DNA of 63,665 bases, filler included, from Rhabdomonas costata (taxonomy: Eukaryota): NCBI GenBank assembly GCA_019059605.1. It is 53 parts of 53 records of this genome, joined end to end, with 100 filler letters (N's around TTAATTAATTAA, not from the genome) between each part and the next. Parts side by side here need not be neighbours in the genome. Positions count along the whole stretch, not along the records: positions 21,659 to 22,763 come from JAHMHO010028447.1; positions 22,864 to 23,966 come from JAHMHO010028448.1; positions 24,067 to 25,169 come from JAHMHO010028449.1; positions 25,270 to 26,372 come from JAHMHO010028450.1; positions 26,473 to 27,575 come from JAHMHO010028451.1; positions 27,676 to 28,780 come from JAHMHO010028452.1; positions 28,881 to 29,983 come from JAHMHO010028453.1; positions 30,084 to 31,186 come from JAHMHO010028454.1; 45 more parts are not named here. One strand, given 5' to 3'. Positions 22,525-35,442 of the stretch are shown piece after piece. The notes under the pieces were generated by a model, which saw only the letters and a list, made by a program, of their open reading frames with translations, ran no database searches and was not told the DNA's origin. How positions within the stretch are numbered: position 1 is the first letter of the stretch; every line of letters starts with the position of its first letter. Position numbers and translations under genes: made by a program.

Positions 22525-25500
22525 CTGCGCCACAATGCAAAGAGCGACGGTTCATCACGGTTCACAGCTCAAAGTCGGGACACTTTCCACTTTTCCATTT
22601 CCCATTTCCCATTTCCTATTTTCTAGCTTAAATTTTCCCTCACACTCAAATCAGGCTGGCACCAAAGCACTCGTCCCTCGTAAGGTTTCCGGAGTCCTTC
22701 GGCAAACTCACTCAAAGCAATCTAAAGCTCTCCCGAAAAGTCAGCTAAATAAAGACCCCAGGCNNNNNNNNNNNNNNNNNNNNNNNNNNNNNNNNNNNNN
22801 NNNNNNNTTAATTAATTAANNNNNNNNNNNNNNNNNNNNNNNNNNNNNNNNNNNNNNNNNNNNGGTGTTGGGTTCACAATCATAACCACAAAAAGGTTAT
22901 TGTGTGCAAAGTCAACCTCTGCATGACTTTGCACACAATAACCTTTTTGTGGTTATGATTGTGAACGCAACTTCTTAAATGACTTTGACTGAGAAGACTG
23001 AACTTCTCTGCGGTTGAGAGATGATGACGAGCATTGCCGACAGCAATGCAACACTGCAGTCAAAGCCAAGGGGGACAAAGAGCATTTCAGGTTTTTAATT
23101 CGCGCAACGGGAGGTTTAGGCAGAGGATACGTTGATCAGCAGGCTGCAATTGGATTCTTATAGGATCAGAAAAACCGAGAGAATTCTGGGACGAACTTTG
23201 ACCCTAATTTTTCAGGGTCTATGCCGGTGATCCCCTTTGTTCGATCAGTCAGTCGGTCATTCAATCAGTCAAGATTTTACATCGACAATATAAGTGTCAA
23301 CTAGCCCCTGTCTGAAAAAAGTCCTGCGGTATATTTTTCTCAAGATTCCCCAAGACCGTTTCAGGAAGAACCACAACATATACAGCAGCGTGATTGTGCT
23401 GCGGAACAGGTTGAGTGGTGGGCACTGCTAAAAAGCGGGCTTCCAAGTTAGCCTATGCACCGTGTTTGAAGAAACTGCGTCTGGACTTCTTTGTGTCCAG
23501 GTTGACGTTTTCTTCTCGTTCCCTTGGCTTCGCTGTGGCGAAAGCGAGCGTAAACTTCACAATATTAACGAACGCAGTGTTTTCCAGCAATGGACTTTTT
23601 GGAAAAGCATTCGCACAGGCCGATGGGCCACGGAAATTTCCGTAAGAAACACAGAAACAAATCCAGTGGAGTTGCGAACCTGTGCCATTGCCGCACAAGC
23701 GCCGGCAGGTCTGACACAGGAACTCCGCAGAGTGTGACAGGGTGAGGGCGAGCCCATGCTCCTCCGAGGAATCGGCCTTGCCTTCGCCTGCCTTCAGGGG
23801 ACCCAGCACCTGAGCACGCCGTTCCCAGGGCCGGAAGCACGCACGAACGTAGACTCTCAACCCGACGCAATCCTGCAGTTGGGGTGTACCACCAAGCTTA
23901 AAGCAAGAAGCGAAGTTGCAGGCTGTTTCTGCAGTGTGCCAAATTTTACTGATTCCACCCCCTTGANNNNNNNNNNNNNNNNNNNNNNNNNNNNNNNNNN
24001 NNNNNNNNNNTTAATTAATTAANNNNNNNNNNNNNNNNNNNNNNNNNNNNNNNNNNNNNNNNNNNNGCATGGGAATTCAGACCTCGTACGGGGGTGGTGA
24101 CCTTCTGGTCCATATCTGTGGTAGCCATCAGCCCGTCAGTTATACTCGGCGGTCTGTGGGAAATGACATTTCAACATTTGATGTTTGGTTGTATCATCAT
24201 TCGAATGCCGGCGGACACCGCACGTTTCGCCAAGTTTTCGGCCTTGTCCCGCCTGCGTTTGGCCCGATGGTTCGGTCCACGATGATTCTTTCGAGTTTCT
24301 TTCGTATGATTGGAATCCACCACGCACGAGTTTCGAGGACCAAAACGTTTGTACGACATAAGGCGGTTGAAAAAGCACGCGACCGTCAAGGGCTAACATC
24401 CCTACCTCTGGTTTCTGAGCGTGATGGCCAGGCTTCGCCTTGGTAAATAAAGTAATGCCATCAAACCTTTTGTCGCGTTTTGTTTGGGGCCAACTTGGTG
24501 CCGGAACAAACGGCTCGGGACAATATATGGGGCACAGCTCCAAAAGCGGAACGCGGCTGGAAAAGGCCAGAAACAGACAACATCTCGTGTTTGTTCTGGG
24601 TCGTTCTGGGCACCGGGGCGCCCGCTGACGCCAGAATGCGCGCAAAGACAGACCAATTGGGATCCAACACGGAAACGATGATGCCTTCACATAAACGGAG
24701 CAAGAAATAGAGACTGAGTCTCCGAAGGTATTAAAAAAAGCCCCTGTCGCCATCAATTTTGTTTCCGTGAACCCTTCCCACAGTCGCAACCGCCCATGTT
24801 ATCCGCTCTAGATTTACAAAACTGACCATCGCCGTGCTTAACGGAGTCGTGAAAGTAACCCATTTCCTCCATGGCCTTGGGGCCATCGCGGATCACGATG
24901 GTCCGAATCGGTGGAACTTCCGCCGCAGAAGCCGGACCATGACGCTTTGCCAATGCTAAACCATATTTGCGCTGCCAGAATACCGGAAGACCCAAAAAAG
25001 AATGTAAGCAAAGCTAAATGGCCGCTCCTCAAATTAATCAATTTATCTCAGCAGCATTCCAGCGTTTTGGGCATGGCAGAGGAAAATATAAGTACAAAGC
25101 TGCGGGAAAGACGTGGTGGTGACTGTCCTATGGGGTGGTGGCCGAACCCCATTAAACCCCAAAAAACACNNNNNNNNNNNNNNNNNNNNNNNNNNNNNNN
25201 NNNNNNNNNNNNNTTAATTAATTAANNNNNNNNNNNNNNNNNNNNNNNNNNNNNNNNNNNNNNNNNNNNGGGGGGTGGTGGGGGGGGTCGAGTTTCAGCT
25301 TAACCCCTTTTTTCGAATACACAAAGGACAATACAGCATGCCAAGGCGAAATTCACCGCTCTCCTTCCTCAAACGAACTCAGTCACTGTCCCGCGTTCGG
25401 CCTGCACACGGAAGAGACAAATGACGAGGCTTTTCTCATTCATGACTGGTTGGCCAGCATTTTCGACCTCACAATGCCTACACCGTGCATACACATACGC

Positions 25501-25546
25501 ACACACTTTCTGGTTTAAGGTGAGAAGGGGGCAGGGGAATGCTCAC

Positions 25547-26050
25547 CTTCATCTGCAGAGACGTCAAAGCAAAGCCCTCGCTCATCTCCACCCGAGCGCG
25601 CAGCAGCCGGTTCTCTTCCGCCCGTGGGCTCACTCGGACTGTCCACAGCCGAAATCCAGCCCCACCCGGGCCACAACTGTTGCCGCTGCTGCAGAGGCCT
25701 TTGGCCCCCATACTCCCTGAGACACTACGCGCTGTTGCTGCTGCGGTCACCAGGTCCCCCAGCCCTACCCGGGGCCCGGCCGCTGCGGTGCTGCCAGGAG
25801 GCTCAGGGACTCGGAGCAGAAGCTGGGGAGGGTCCTCCCCTTCCTCGCTCAAGTCCTGACCCCGAAAAGGCTCGGACAAAAGATCGAGACCCGTACCCGG
25901 GGTGGAGAGTATGGCGTCCCATGCGGGAACAGCCGGGGAGGGCAGACGCTCGGGCGGTACCCAGGGGGTGCCGACAAGGGAGGACCCACGAAAGGAGTGC
26001 TCGAAGCTCAGCGGGACACCCTGTTCGCCCCACCCCCGAGATGTAACACA
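25547..26050 (-). CDS. Hypothetical protein exon
   Basis: GC-rich open frame ending ..RLLRARVEMSEGFALTSLQMK|gtgagc. The 5' boundary is uncertain. Confidence 0.45.
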
Positions 26051-26812
26051 GCAGCACTTTGACGGGAGATGCCCCAGCGCCCCTTGCGACTGGCGACGGC
26101 GCAATACAGGACAGGTGGCCTGGGTCTTCCTCCCTCACTCCTCCTCTCTTAAAGCACATCTTCCAAGCAAAACAAAATCCCAAACAACACCCAAACCCCC
26201 ACGCTCAACCTCAAACAAGAAAAAAACCGACCAGCAGCAAATTCTATCTTCTGCACACCAAACTTTTCTGGCGAGTATTCCATCCTTTCTCTGTGAGGTC
26301 AAGCAAAAAGGGAAGAATAAGGGGGGCGAGGGGAGCGAAGGGCCACAGTGGGCTGAACCTCAAACCACACCCNNNNNNNNNNNNNNNNNNNNNNNNNNNN
26401 NNNNNNNNNNNNNNNNTTAATTAATTAANNNNNNNNNNNNNNNNNNNNNNNNNNNNNNNNNNNNNNNNNNNNGGGGGGGTGTTGGGCGGGATAGCGGTTC
26501 TTGTGTTCTTGTGTGGACAGAAAACGTTCGTGCGCAATGGAAATACTCTGTCGTGTGCAGATTTGTCTCGCTGACGAAGTTCCCCTTTGTTTACTTGTCT
26601 TCGCGTGAGTCGAAAGCAATCACACCTCAGAAAGCCGCAAAAAAAATCCTCTTTCTTCCACAAATTTAATAACATTTTACTCTTCCCCTAAAATCATTCC
26701 TTCTAATCATTTCTTCTGATCCGTTTTTCCCGGCACAAGCTTCCTAACACTGCACAATGGCTTGAGCACCCTACATTGGGCGTTTTCTGACTGAAAAGCA
26801 AACCTGAATAAC

Positions 26813-27349
26813 TTTAGTGGTGATCAACGCATCTTCGTAATAGGTTCGTCCGAGATCCAGCAGCCTGTCGATCACAACAGCACCGATGGAAGCACTTCCC
26901 GAGGGTGCACTGCACTGAGAGGGAGAAAACGTGCACCTCTACAAGTGGGCATTGAGCTTGGAGGGAAGCTGCCGCAAGTCGACCACTGCTTGTCTCAGGT
27001 AGGACAAAGCCGGGAAAATTTTAAGCTCCAAATTTGTGAAATTTCTTCAGATATTCGAATCATCAGCAACAAGCTCAAATTCAGTCAAAAAGAATTTGAC
27101 TTCGAAAATTCAATTCAATTCACGGCAAGGAGACGGTTATGATTGACAAGTCCCGACAATGTAAATGCCACATGACGCAGCCTTCGATCCAGATGATTAT
27201 CCCTGAGCGAGGGAGGGGTGGTAAAGTACCAAATTGTACACTATGGTCAGGCAATGAAGCATCAGAGTCCGGTGGGTCAGGTGCTCGGTCATGAGTTGTA
27301 GAACCACCTGCAGGGCACTGCCGTAGGACTCCTTGAAGGCCGGAGCAAA
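26813..27349 (-). CDS. Helical (ARM-like) protein, exons 27349-27230 and 26914-26813
   Basis: Two phase-0 exons with polypyrimidine-AG acceptors: FAPAFKESYGSALQVVLQLMTEHLTHRTLMLHCLTIVYNL|CSAPSGSASIGAVVIDRLLDLGRTYYEDALITTK. Confidence 0.6.
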
Positions 27350-27918
27350 CTGCACAAGAAAAAGCAGAAAAGTTAAGAACCTTTGCAGCCCCTCAAAAAA
27401 CAACTGAAGTGTCACTCCCCTCTTCAAGGACAAAGCTGTCTGCGTTGTCGCTCACAATGTCTGGCCCCCACTGGGCTCCCCCCCTCCTCGTTGTCGGCTG
27501 ACATGCGTGAGCCTCGTCAGCCCCTGGTCGCCCTGAATTTGGGTGGCACTCCACGACCCTCTCTGCCCCCAAAACNNNNNNNNNNNNNNNNNNNNNNNNN
27601 NNNNNNNNNNNNNNNNNNNTTAATTAATTAANNNNNNNNNNNNNNNNNNNNNNNNNNNNNNNNNNNNNNNNNNNNGGGTGTTGGTCGCAATACGCCCTTT
27701 CTGTACTTGTCTGCCTCAGCTTTTCACTTTTCACGGGAAATGTCTGCGTTGCCAGTTATCCTTTCACTGCTTTTTTGGTTGTCAAGTGGGCAGCAAGACA
27801 ACATGTTGCCTGAGTTGACCATGGCCAAGTTGAGCAAGTGCGTCCACTAGCTCCGCTTCTGCTCGTTTCAGTGGCCGCTTATTGTTCGTGTGTTCGTGTG
27901 TTTCATGTGTTCGTGCAG

Positions 27919-28633
27919 GAATGTGATGACCAAACGGCGTCCTTCCTTCTGCGTGTTGGTTGTCACCGTTCGAGAGGAGAAGCGGTGCCAACAATGCAGG
28001 TCCGCAGCAACCGGCGCGCTTTGCTTGTTGCATTTCATGGATTTCGCGCATTTCGCTGTGAGCGACTGTGCAGTGGCAGTCTCCTTTCTGCCTCCCCCCT
28101 TCTGTGTAGCTGCACATGTTCTGCCCAGGACTGTGGAAACTGCAGTCACCAAGGTCGCCTACACTCACTCCAAGCTCTTCCCCAATGTTTCCGCGGAGCA
28201 AAGAATCCTGTGGGCAAAGATTTACTACGAACACGACTCGGAGACGCTGCCTAGCCAGGTGTGGCATTTGTATTTCTCCTTGCAAAATGCCCTGCCTTTC
28301 CATCCCCAATTCCTATCAAGCTGAACTAGACTGAGGTTTGCTTGTCCTTAGGGGGCTCTTTTTCGCGCACCATTGCTTCTTCTGCTTCTTCTTGTGCAGC
28401 TCGGACTTTCCTCCCTTCCTTCGATTGTGGTGTTTAAGCCGAACAGCACAAGCTTTGTCCGGTATGGTCTGCTCCCCTCGCCCCCCTCCCACCCGCGATG
28501 GTGTCGCAGCACTTGGGCGGTGGTGGGATGAGGGGCTCGCGGGGCTTTCAGGTTTGAGGATGACCCGGCCAGGGCTGCGGAGAACCGCCGGCTCGAAGAG
28601 CTCACCTACCCCACTCGTTCTGCAAGCAGGAAG
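27919..28633 (+). CDS. OST3/OST6 (TUSC3/MAGT1)-like thioredoxin-fold protein, exons 27919-27999, 28129-28258, 28400-28461 and 28552-~28633
   Basis: Spliced RRPSFCVLVVTVREEKRCQQCR|TVETAVTKVAYTH...RILWAKIYYEHDSETLPSQ|LGLSSLPSIVVFKP has a CxxC, a 'hhxxhxY' strand and a cis-Pro loop spaced as in the OST3/6 luminal domain. Confidence 0.65.
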
Positions 28634-28939
28634 GCACGGGGCAAGACTCTTCGCTCTTCCGGTTTTCCTCTTCTTGTCTCCCCTCACTGCTCCTGCTTTG
28701 TCATGTGCTGCTTTTGTGCTTCCTGCTAATGTCTTCTATGGTGTGTGTGTGTGTGGTGTGTGTGTGTGTGTGTGTGTGTGNNNNNNNNNNNNNNNNNNNN
28801 NNNNNNNNNNNNNNNNNNNNNNNNTTAATTAATTAANNNNNNNNNNNNNNNNNNNNNNNNNNNNNNNNNNNNNNNNNNNNTGTGGTGGTGAATCCCTTGC
28901 AGGTGCGGGCAGCGACCGCTCCACACTCCTAGTGAAGAC

Positions 28940-29160
28940 TGCCTGCACCTGCAAGGGATTCACCACCGAGGGGTCGACCGCCATGTCCACTCCGCCCGAC
29001 GATTAGAGAGTCCCCGGGTCGTTGTTGGGAGCAGTCCACTCCCTGCTCGCGCTGGCAGGCAAAACCCGCTTCCGCAATGTGCGCCAGAGCGTCGACCAGG
29101 ACCGTGTGCGGGGGTGCCGACGAAGCGCAGCACGTGGTCGCCGTGCGTATCTCCCTGGGC
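28940..29160 (-). mobile_element. CRE-like non-LTR retrotransposon relic (zinc knuckle plus restriction-like endonuclease), frameshifted
   Basis: DTHGDHVL.. / HTVLVDALAHIAEAGFACQREQGVDCSQQRPGDSLI...GRPL shows the GDH knuckle and the RE...RPGD endonuclease motif. Confidence 0.7.
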
Positions 29161-29389
29161 GCCGCTAGCAGGATGAATTTGAAAGCCTGGATAATTTCAC
29201 AATAGCAAACGTTTGCTGCATGTGCTGCTTTGCTGACTGTTTCTTCGGGAATCGGGGGATTCATGGTTATAGGAGAGAATTTAAGAGAGTGAGGATGCTA
29301 AGTAAGGGGGGTTTAGGAGGTCGCGCGCAGCTCATAGTGGGCCAGCTACTGTTACAATATGTCTGCTCCCAAACGAACTGCTCTCATCA

Positions 29390-29800
29390 CTCATCGTGGA
29401 CCTCCACGGAGACGCGGAAATCCGTCGCGATTGGACCAGTAAGAAGTGGTGGCAGGAACTTGTCGACACTCAGGTGGAAAAAGCATGTGCCGCGTGCGCG
29501 CCACTGCGAGCGCTCAAGTTGAAAGAACTGAATGCAGCACGCATTTGCTGCAATGTTTCAGACTTGCTCGGGTCCGAAGATGGCGAAGAGGCAACCCTCT
29601 CCTCCCGCGCGTGGCAGGTGCTGGCGCTCTTCAAGCTGTGGAGCCCCCTTGGCAACAACTCGCCTTGCCCAGGCTGCGGACAGGTCATTCATTCGGTGAC
29701 CACGTCTTGAGTTGCCACCAGATGGGAATCTACACACGCCATAACCATCTTAGAAACAAGTTCGCCTCCCTGTGCAAAGACGCTGTCGCTGTGGATTTTT
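29390..29800 (+). mobile_element. Second CRE-like non-LTR retrotransposon relic, frameshifted and internally deleted
   Basis: PCPGCGQVI / SFGDHVLSCHQMGIYTRHNHLRNKFASLC is a CCHC knuckle followed by the RHN motif typical of RLE-encoding elements. Confidence 0.78.
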
Positions 29801-31648
29801 CTGGGGTGCGTAGATCCAGGTGTACCGTGCACCGACACTACCGCCTGTCCGTTGCTGGCTCTCTCCGTCATCTTTCTTGTGATTTTGGCAATTGTACTTG
29901 CTGCAACTCTGAGACCGTGAGCTTTCTCAACTGACCTGTCAATTCGGTGCGCATTGGGGCTTAGGCTGAACGACCCCCCACACNNNNNNNNNNNNNNNNN
30001 NNNNNNNNNNNNNNNNNNNNNNNNNNNTTAATTAATTAANNNNNNNNNNNNNNNNNNNNNNNNNNNNNNNNNNNNNNNNNNNNAGACCAGAGTCTGAAGG
30101 TACACCACCAACTTCTGCGGTGTCATTTCGAGGCGGACGTATGCCTCTGCGGGGCAGTTTTCCACAAAGACCTCCTGAAGGCACGAGTGGACCCTTTCGC
30201 ACTGAGACTACAGGTGGACGCAAACGGAAAGCGATCCGCGGATGGAGAGTACCGTAGACGAGCAAAGAAGCCCACACAAGGCTTGCACAAAATTACCATA
30301 GCACGGTCATCAGGGGGACTGTGTAAAACCACACAAGGCGATCTCTGCGAGGAACAAGCCTGAAGATAAAGGGCTTTTTAGTGTGACACTTGCGAAGTCT
30401 AAAAAACGCTAACGACAAGCGATATCATCCCGAAAATGTGACAATTCTCAATTCCACTCAACTCTCAACAATGCGCTACCCGTTCGGTAAGATAATTATC
30501 TGAGTGGAATGGTGTGGAAACTAGAGAGTAACCACAACTATAAAATGATTACATTGTACTTTTTTGAAAGGGGAATACTTTTGGTAAGTGATGCCCTGAA
30601 TCATCAAGACTGACAAATGTCACGCTGCGACACAAGACAACCACAGCTCAGAGTCAGGAACAGGAACAGGAAATGATGCTAAGCAAGAACACCCTAAAAC
30701 CGGAGCATTACATGGCATGCAGCCGCGATGTCTGCGCAGGGACGTGCACTGCCCACACAATTCCCATCCCCAACGAGAAGCCTGAGAACCATCTGCGGTG
30801 CACATTCAAAAGTGTTCCACATCAAAGTGGAACACGTGTCAAAACTGTACTTACAGTTGTTTAGTGCCACACTGCCACACCAGAGGCATGACCAGTGCCA
30901 CTGGGACAGCAACTGCAACGTGTAACGGGCACTTCCTCGGCTGCCAGCCGAGACCAGAGCCACTCCCCTTCTTCCCCTTTCCCTCATCATCCAAGGTCAT
31001 GTGCTGACCCATGCAACCTTGCGGAACTCTCGCAGCCCGCTCTTCGTGCACACCATCTCCTGCGCACTGCAAAGAAAAAAGCGGTCCCGAGAGAGAAGCG
31101 CTGGAAACGAATTTCTCAATTTGGGCTCCACTATCCTGGCATGGTCATGGTTGGGAAAGAAGGAAGCGACATTTACAACCACAAAANNNNNNNNNNNNNN
31201 NNNNNNNNNNNNNNNNNNNNNNNNNNNNNNTTAATTAATTAANNNNNNNNNNNNNNNNNNNNNNNNNNNNNNNNNNNNNNNNNNNNGGGGGTGTTTTTGC
31301 AAGGGCTGTGGTGGTATTGTGCCAAAGGCTTCGGTCAAGTGGACTTATAATTATTGTTGCTCGTCGGTGAACCTCTTAGCTCGATGAGTGGCGTTGTTGG
31401 AGTTTTCTGTGCGGTGACGGTCCTTCTGTTGGTGACCAGGCGGCAGGTTCGCGAGAGGTTTGTTTGATACGACGGGTTAAAAAGGGAGAATTGGAGGCAT
31501 TGATTTGTCCCACCTGGTCAGGCGACATGACTGTGATGTGAAGGCGATGTGAATCCAGGGCGGCGGCTGTGGAGGTGGAGGGCAGGAAAGTCGGCGGGGG
31601 CTGAAAGCGTTGCAAAGAGAATGCGGAGAGCTTGTTTTTGGACTTCAG

Positions 31649-32191
31649 CGGTGACTAAGGACACGCAAGGCATCGACGCTGTGATGAAGAACGTCGAAGA
31701 CCTGGTGAAGCCCATCGAGACGGTGGCGTTTGACATCTTTGACAAGCGCGCGAAGCAGAGCTGGGAGCGCGTCTACAAGGCCTTCACCACCCAGGTCGCC
31801 CACGTCGACGACGTTACCAAGGTAACCCACCCATCTGCATCCGCCCTGGAGTTTCCCTATACGGAGGGTTCGTTTCCCGAGCGAATGGAGAAAACTCTGG
31901 CTTGACGTGCCCATCAATTCAGAAATGGCCAGGTGCATCTCCATCGGTAGTTGTGCGCCAAGTGGCTTGGACCAGAGCGTTGTAGAACACCTGGACCAAT
32001 CTTGTGTGTGCCTCCTTTGTGAGTGTTCCATTGCCATTGCTTGTTTTGGTTGGTGAAAAACCCGCCCTGTCACTTTTGTTGGTGTGTTTTCCGGATGCAG
32101 AAATTCATCGACGCCAGCTTCAGGAAGCTCCGCTCCGCAGAGGGAGCCTTTGATCTCCTGCAGAACTTCAAGAATCTGCAGAGCCGTGGAG
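31649..32191 (+). CDS. DNAH10: Axonemal inner-arm dynein I1-alpha heavy chain, tail exons 31649-31821 and 32101-32191
   Basis: AVTKDTQGIDAVMKNVEDLVKPIETVAFDIFD...|KFIDASFRKLRSAEGAFDLLQNFKNLQSR matches the DNAH10/DHC1 pattern 'FIDxSFxxLRSAExAFDxLxxFKxIxSR'. Confidence 0.9.
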
Positions 32192-34436
32192 GTAGACCAC
32201 TTCAACAGACAGGGGCCTGCAGAGAGAGTAGAGGATAGTGTACCCAAGCGCGCGTGCTCATCGAGAGCTCAGCTTACGTTCTCTCACGCGCGCACCACAG
32301 TACCCGTGCTCTATAGATGCTGAGGTGCTTCTTGATCGTTTGGTTGGGTTCTTAGCATTCTTGGGCTTTGTCGGTAGGGGTGGGGGATGNNNNNNNNNNN
32401 NNNNNNNNNNNNNNNNNNNNNNNNNNNNNNNNNTTAATTAATTAANNNNNNNNNNNNNNNNNNNNNNNNNNNNNNNNNNNNNNNNNNNNGGTTTTTGTTT
32501 GTGTGGCATGTACCACTTATCGTGCACCCCTTTAATACTCATGCACCCTGACATGGGATCCTGACATGGGAGCTTCACCGGGCTTCTGTTCCTTCTCAAA
32601 TAAAAACCCACAGTTTAAAACTCTCCCCTCACACCTTGCTTTTTGCGAAACCAGAACAAACCTTCTAAGAAGTTCGTGCTTACGTCCGTCAAAGCAGGTG
32701 CTTCTTCCTCTGGGCTGTTGTTCTTTTGAGCATTATTTTACCAGTTTTTTTTAGCCCCTGCAAGCTGGAAGCTTTGAACACCGAGGGCAGTTGGGTTCAG
32801 TGCTTGAAAGCCTTCCTGTTGCGTGCCTCTGCAGTTCAGTGTCTAGCTGAGGCAGTCTGCATTCCAAGTAAACTTTCAACGTGAATTTTTCTCCGAAAAC
32901 TTCCGTTTTGCCTGAGGACAAAGATGAGCAACCACAGGCACGAATGTTCGGCGCACAGCCGAAGGGGGCAGTGCCCACAGGGTTTCGATCAGGCACATCA
33001 CGTGGGGAGAGCGGGAGGGCTGCGTGTGTATTGTTATTGTAAAACGGCTGTGAGAGACACCCGAAACGCTTTGGGGGACGGGCAAACGTCAGTTTTTTTC
33101 ATTTTTCGTGAAACGTTCAACCAACATTTTCCTCGTCCTGTTTACTCACTGCGAAAAAAAAGTTGCTTTCACTTTCAGGCCATCATCCGACTTTTATCAC
33201 CACTCCGCCCACCTCTCCCTTTGCACCTAGATTCTTGTTCAGCTATCCCTGGTTCCCCCCTGATTTTCGCCCCCTCCTTCCTTGCTTATCCCTGGTTTCA
33301 GCTTCTTTATGTCCCGGCCGTTAGATTAAATTCGTGTGTCTTGAACTTCGTGTTGCATATTGTACGGACGGTACGGCAGGTCTTGAGAATGAAGGAATCG
33401 CGGTTGTGAAAAAAGCAGGTTTTTTGTCATGATAAAATGGTTAAAAAAATTCGGATTGTACCTACGCAGCACTGAGCACATAGGGGCCAAATCCCCCCTT
33501 ACATCAATTTTTACCCTTATGATATCCGTGTTCCTTACCCTGTCTTCCGGGTTTGTTGCCTTTGCCCACAACCACCACACACAACCAACACANNNNNNNN
33601 NNNNNNNNNNNNNNNNNNNNNNNNNNNNNNNNNNNNTTAATTAATTAANNNNNNNNNNNNNNNNNNNNNNNNNNNNNNNNNNNNNNNNNNNNTTGTGTTG
33701 GTAGTAACAGTTTCTTACTCCCTGTTTTCTGACGGAACCACACGTGGTCAGAAGCTGCTGAGAGGCTTACATGGTGGGAAATGGTGAAGGGGGGTATGCC
33801 GGGTTGGCACAGAAGGTGTATGGTGAGGCCATTTCTGTCGCTGATTGTAAGATGCCCCAAAACGTACGGCAGTTTTACCTGGGCCTTTAAGAAATCCGAA
33901 TTTTTCACTGATTGTTTTTCCAGATTTCTTGCGGCAGTTTGTGAATTTTTGGCACTAAATCAGGAATGGTGGGCTGGAACACATACTGAGCGAGGACGGT
34001 TTTCCTGCTTGTGTTGAGCCCTGGGCGCGACCTTTGAGGGAACCCAAGAATCCGCCCAAGCAATACAAAACCGTCGACTGAAAGCTCTAGAGTGCGTTTT
34101 GCTCCCGATCCCAGATGTGAGGATACATGGCATCTGAGGCAATTTCACTTCTATTCAGAAGTGGGCTTTTTCAAGTGTGTATACGGTTTGGAAACGCCTT
34201 GAGGTCGACGAAAATGGTTGTCAAGTTTCGCGTCAGCGCTGCTGCATATTAAATTCGCACGACTATCTGTTTCTCACGTGGTCCCTCATCACTGGTGCAT
34301 TCTTCCTTTCTTCCTTCTTTCCTCGTCCCCCTCTCCGTCATTGCGATGCACCGCAGCGTCTGGTCGTGTTGACTCCTATTTATTCGTTTCTTTTCACACC
34401 ATATATTGGGCCCCCGCTCTGAGGAGCGCTCCCGCG

Positions 34437-34633
34437 ATGCTCGCCCGAGGGGCTGTGCAGGCCCTTCGCTGGGCCGCCGCTGGGCCCACCACGGCGGGGG
34501 TGGTTAGGGGCATGCCGTTCTGCTCGAGGACGGCTGTGCTGCTGAAGGCGAAGTACGTGCTGTCACTGGGCAGGCACGAGCCGCTCACCGCCAAAGTTCA
34601 CAACTACCGCCTCGTGCTGATCCCAAAGAAGAA
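34437..34633 (+). CDS. First exon of a probable mitochondrion-targeted basic protein
   Basis: ATG after a long polypyrimidine tract. MLARGAVQALRWAAAG...FCSRTAVLLKAKY is Arg/Ala-rich and lacks acidic residues, like a transit peptide. Donor gtgcgc. Confidence 0.6.
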
Positions 34634-35044
34634 GTGCGCCTCGTGCCAGGTTGGACACACTTGTCTGGAGAGGCACCTGGGGAGTTGAAATCTGCAGAGG
34701 TGCAGCCAGCAAAAAGTGTATGGGATATCCCTTCAACAGAAACTCACTTGGAGACTGGTTTCCAGTGGCTTCCTGGGATGTTTACCCAAAAACANNNNNN
34801 NNNNNNNNNNNNNNNNNNNNNNNNNNNNNNNNNNNNNNTTAATTAATTAANNNNNNNNNNNNNNNNNNNNNNNNNNNNNNNNNNNNNNNNNNNNGTTGGT
34901 TTGTAGATCAGTGGCCTTTTATTAAGTGAATGGGGGCTAAGCCAGTCAGTAGCCCTTTATTTTGCAAACTTTTTGAGGATATGTGATAGGCTGACCCCTT
35001 GGCACCTCTCGCATTAATATTTGTTGGACTTCAGTACTGGCATC

Positions 35045-35442
35045 CAATTGACGTTGGGAGGGGAGGGGGGTAACGGTTATCATGGTAACCGTCACCAGCG
35101 GTATCAGAACATATCGAAAATTGTTACGAAACTGAAGCGAGCACCCACCAATGACTTCACTTTGGTGTAAGGGGTTTAGGTAACCTGTGTCCGTGTTCAT
35201 TAAATGAGTTGTTCTTTGGTTTGCACGTCATATCCGGTGCTGGCTAAGGACAAACCTATGGCTGGGATATGAACGAAGGACAATTTAGGTTTAGGAGTGA
35301 AGGCCAGCGACGCGGCAGACGGTCGAGGGCGGTTGTGGCGGGAACCCCCTGACCTGGGGGTCTTTAACAACGATTAAAATATAAAATATACTATGGAGCC
35401 TTTTACACTTGGTAACCGTTCCCCCACCCCCAATGTTAATTG
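35045..35442. mobile_element. Degenerate MITE-like element with ~35-bp imperfect TIR
   Basis: CAATTGACGTTGGGAG..TAACGGTTATCA (35045-35082) pairs with TGGTAACCGTTCCCCCACCCCCAATGTTAATTG (35410-35442). Confidence 0.5.

Noticed and set aside
24067..25169. RVLFQPPY resembling a DDE transposase 'LFLPPYSP' motif
   Set aside because: No SPDLNPIE continuation or other catalytic motifs; the contig is left unannotated.
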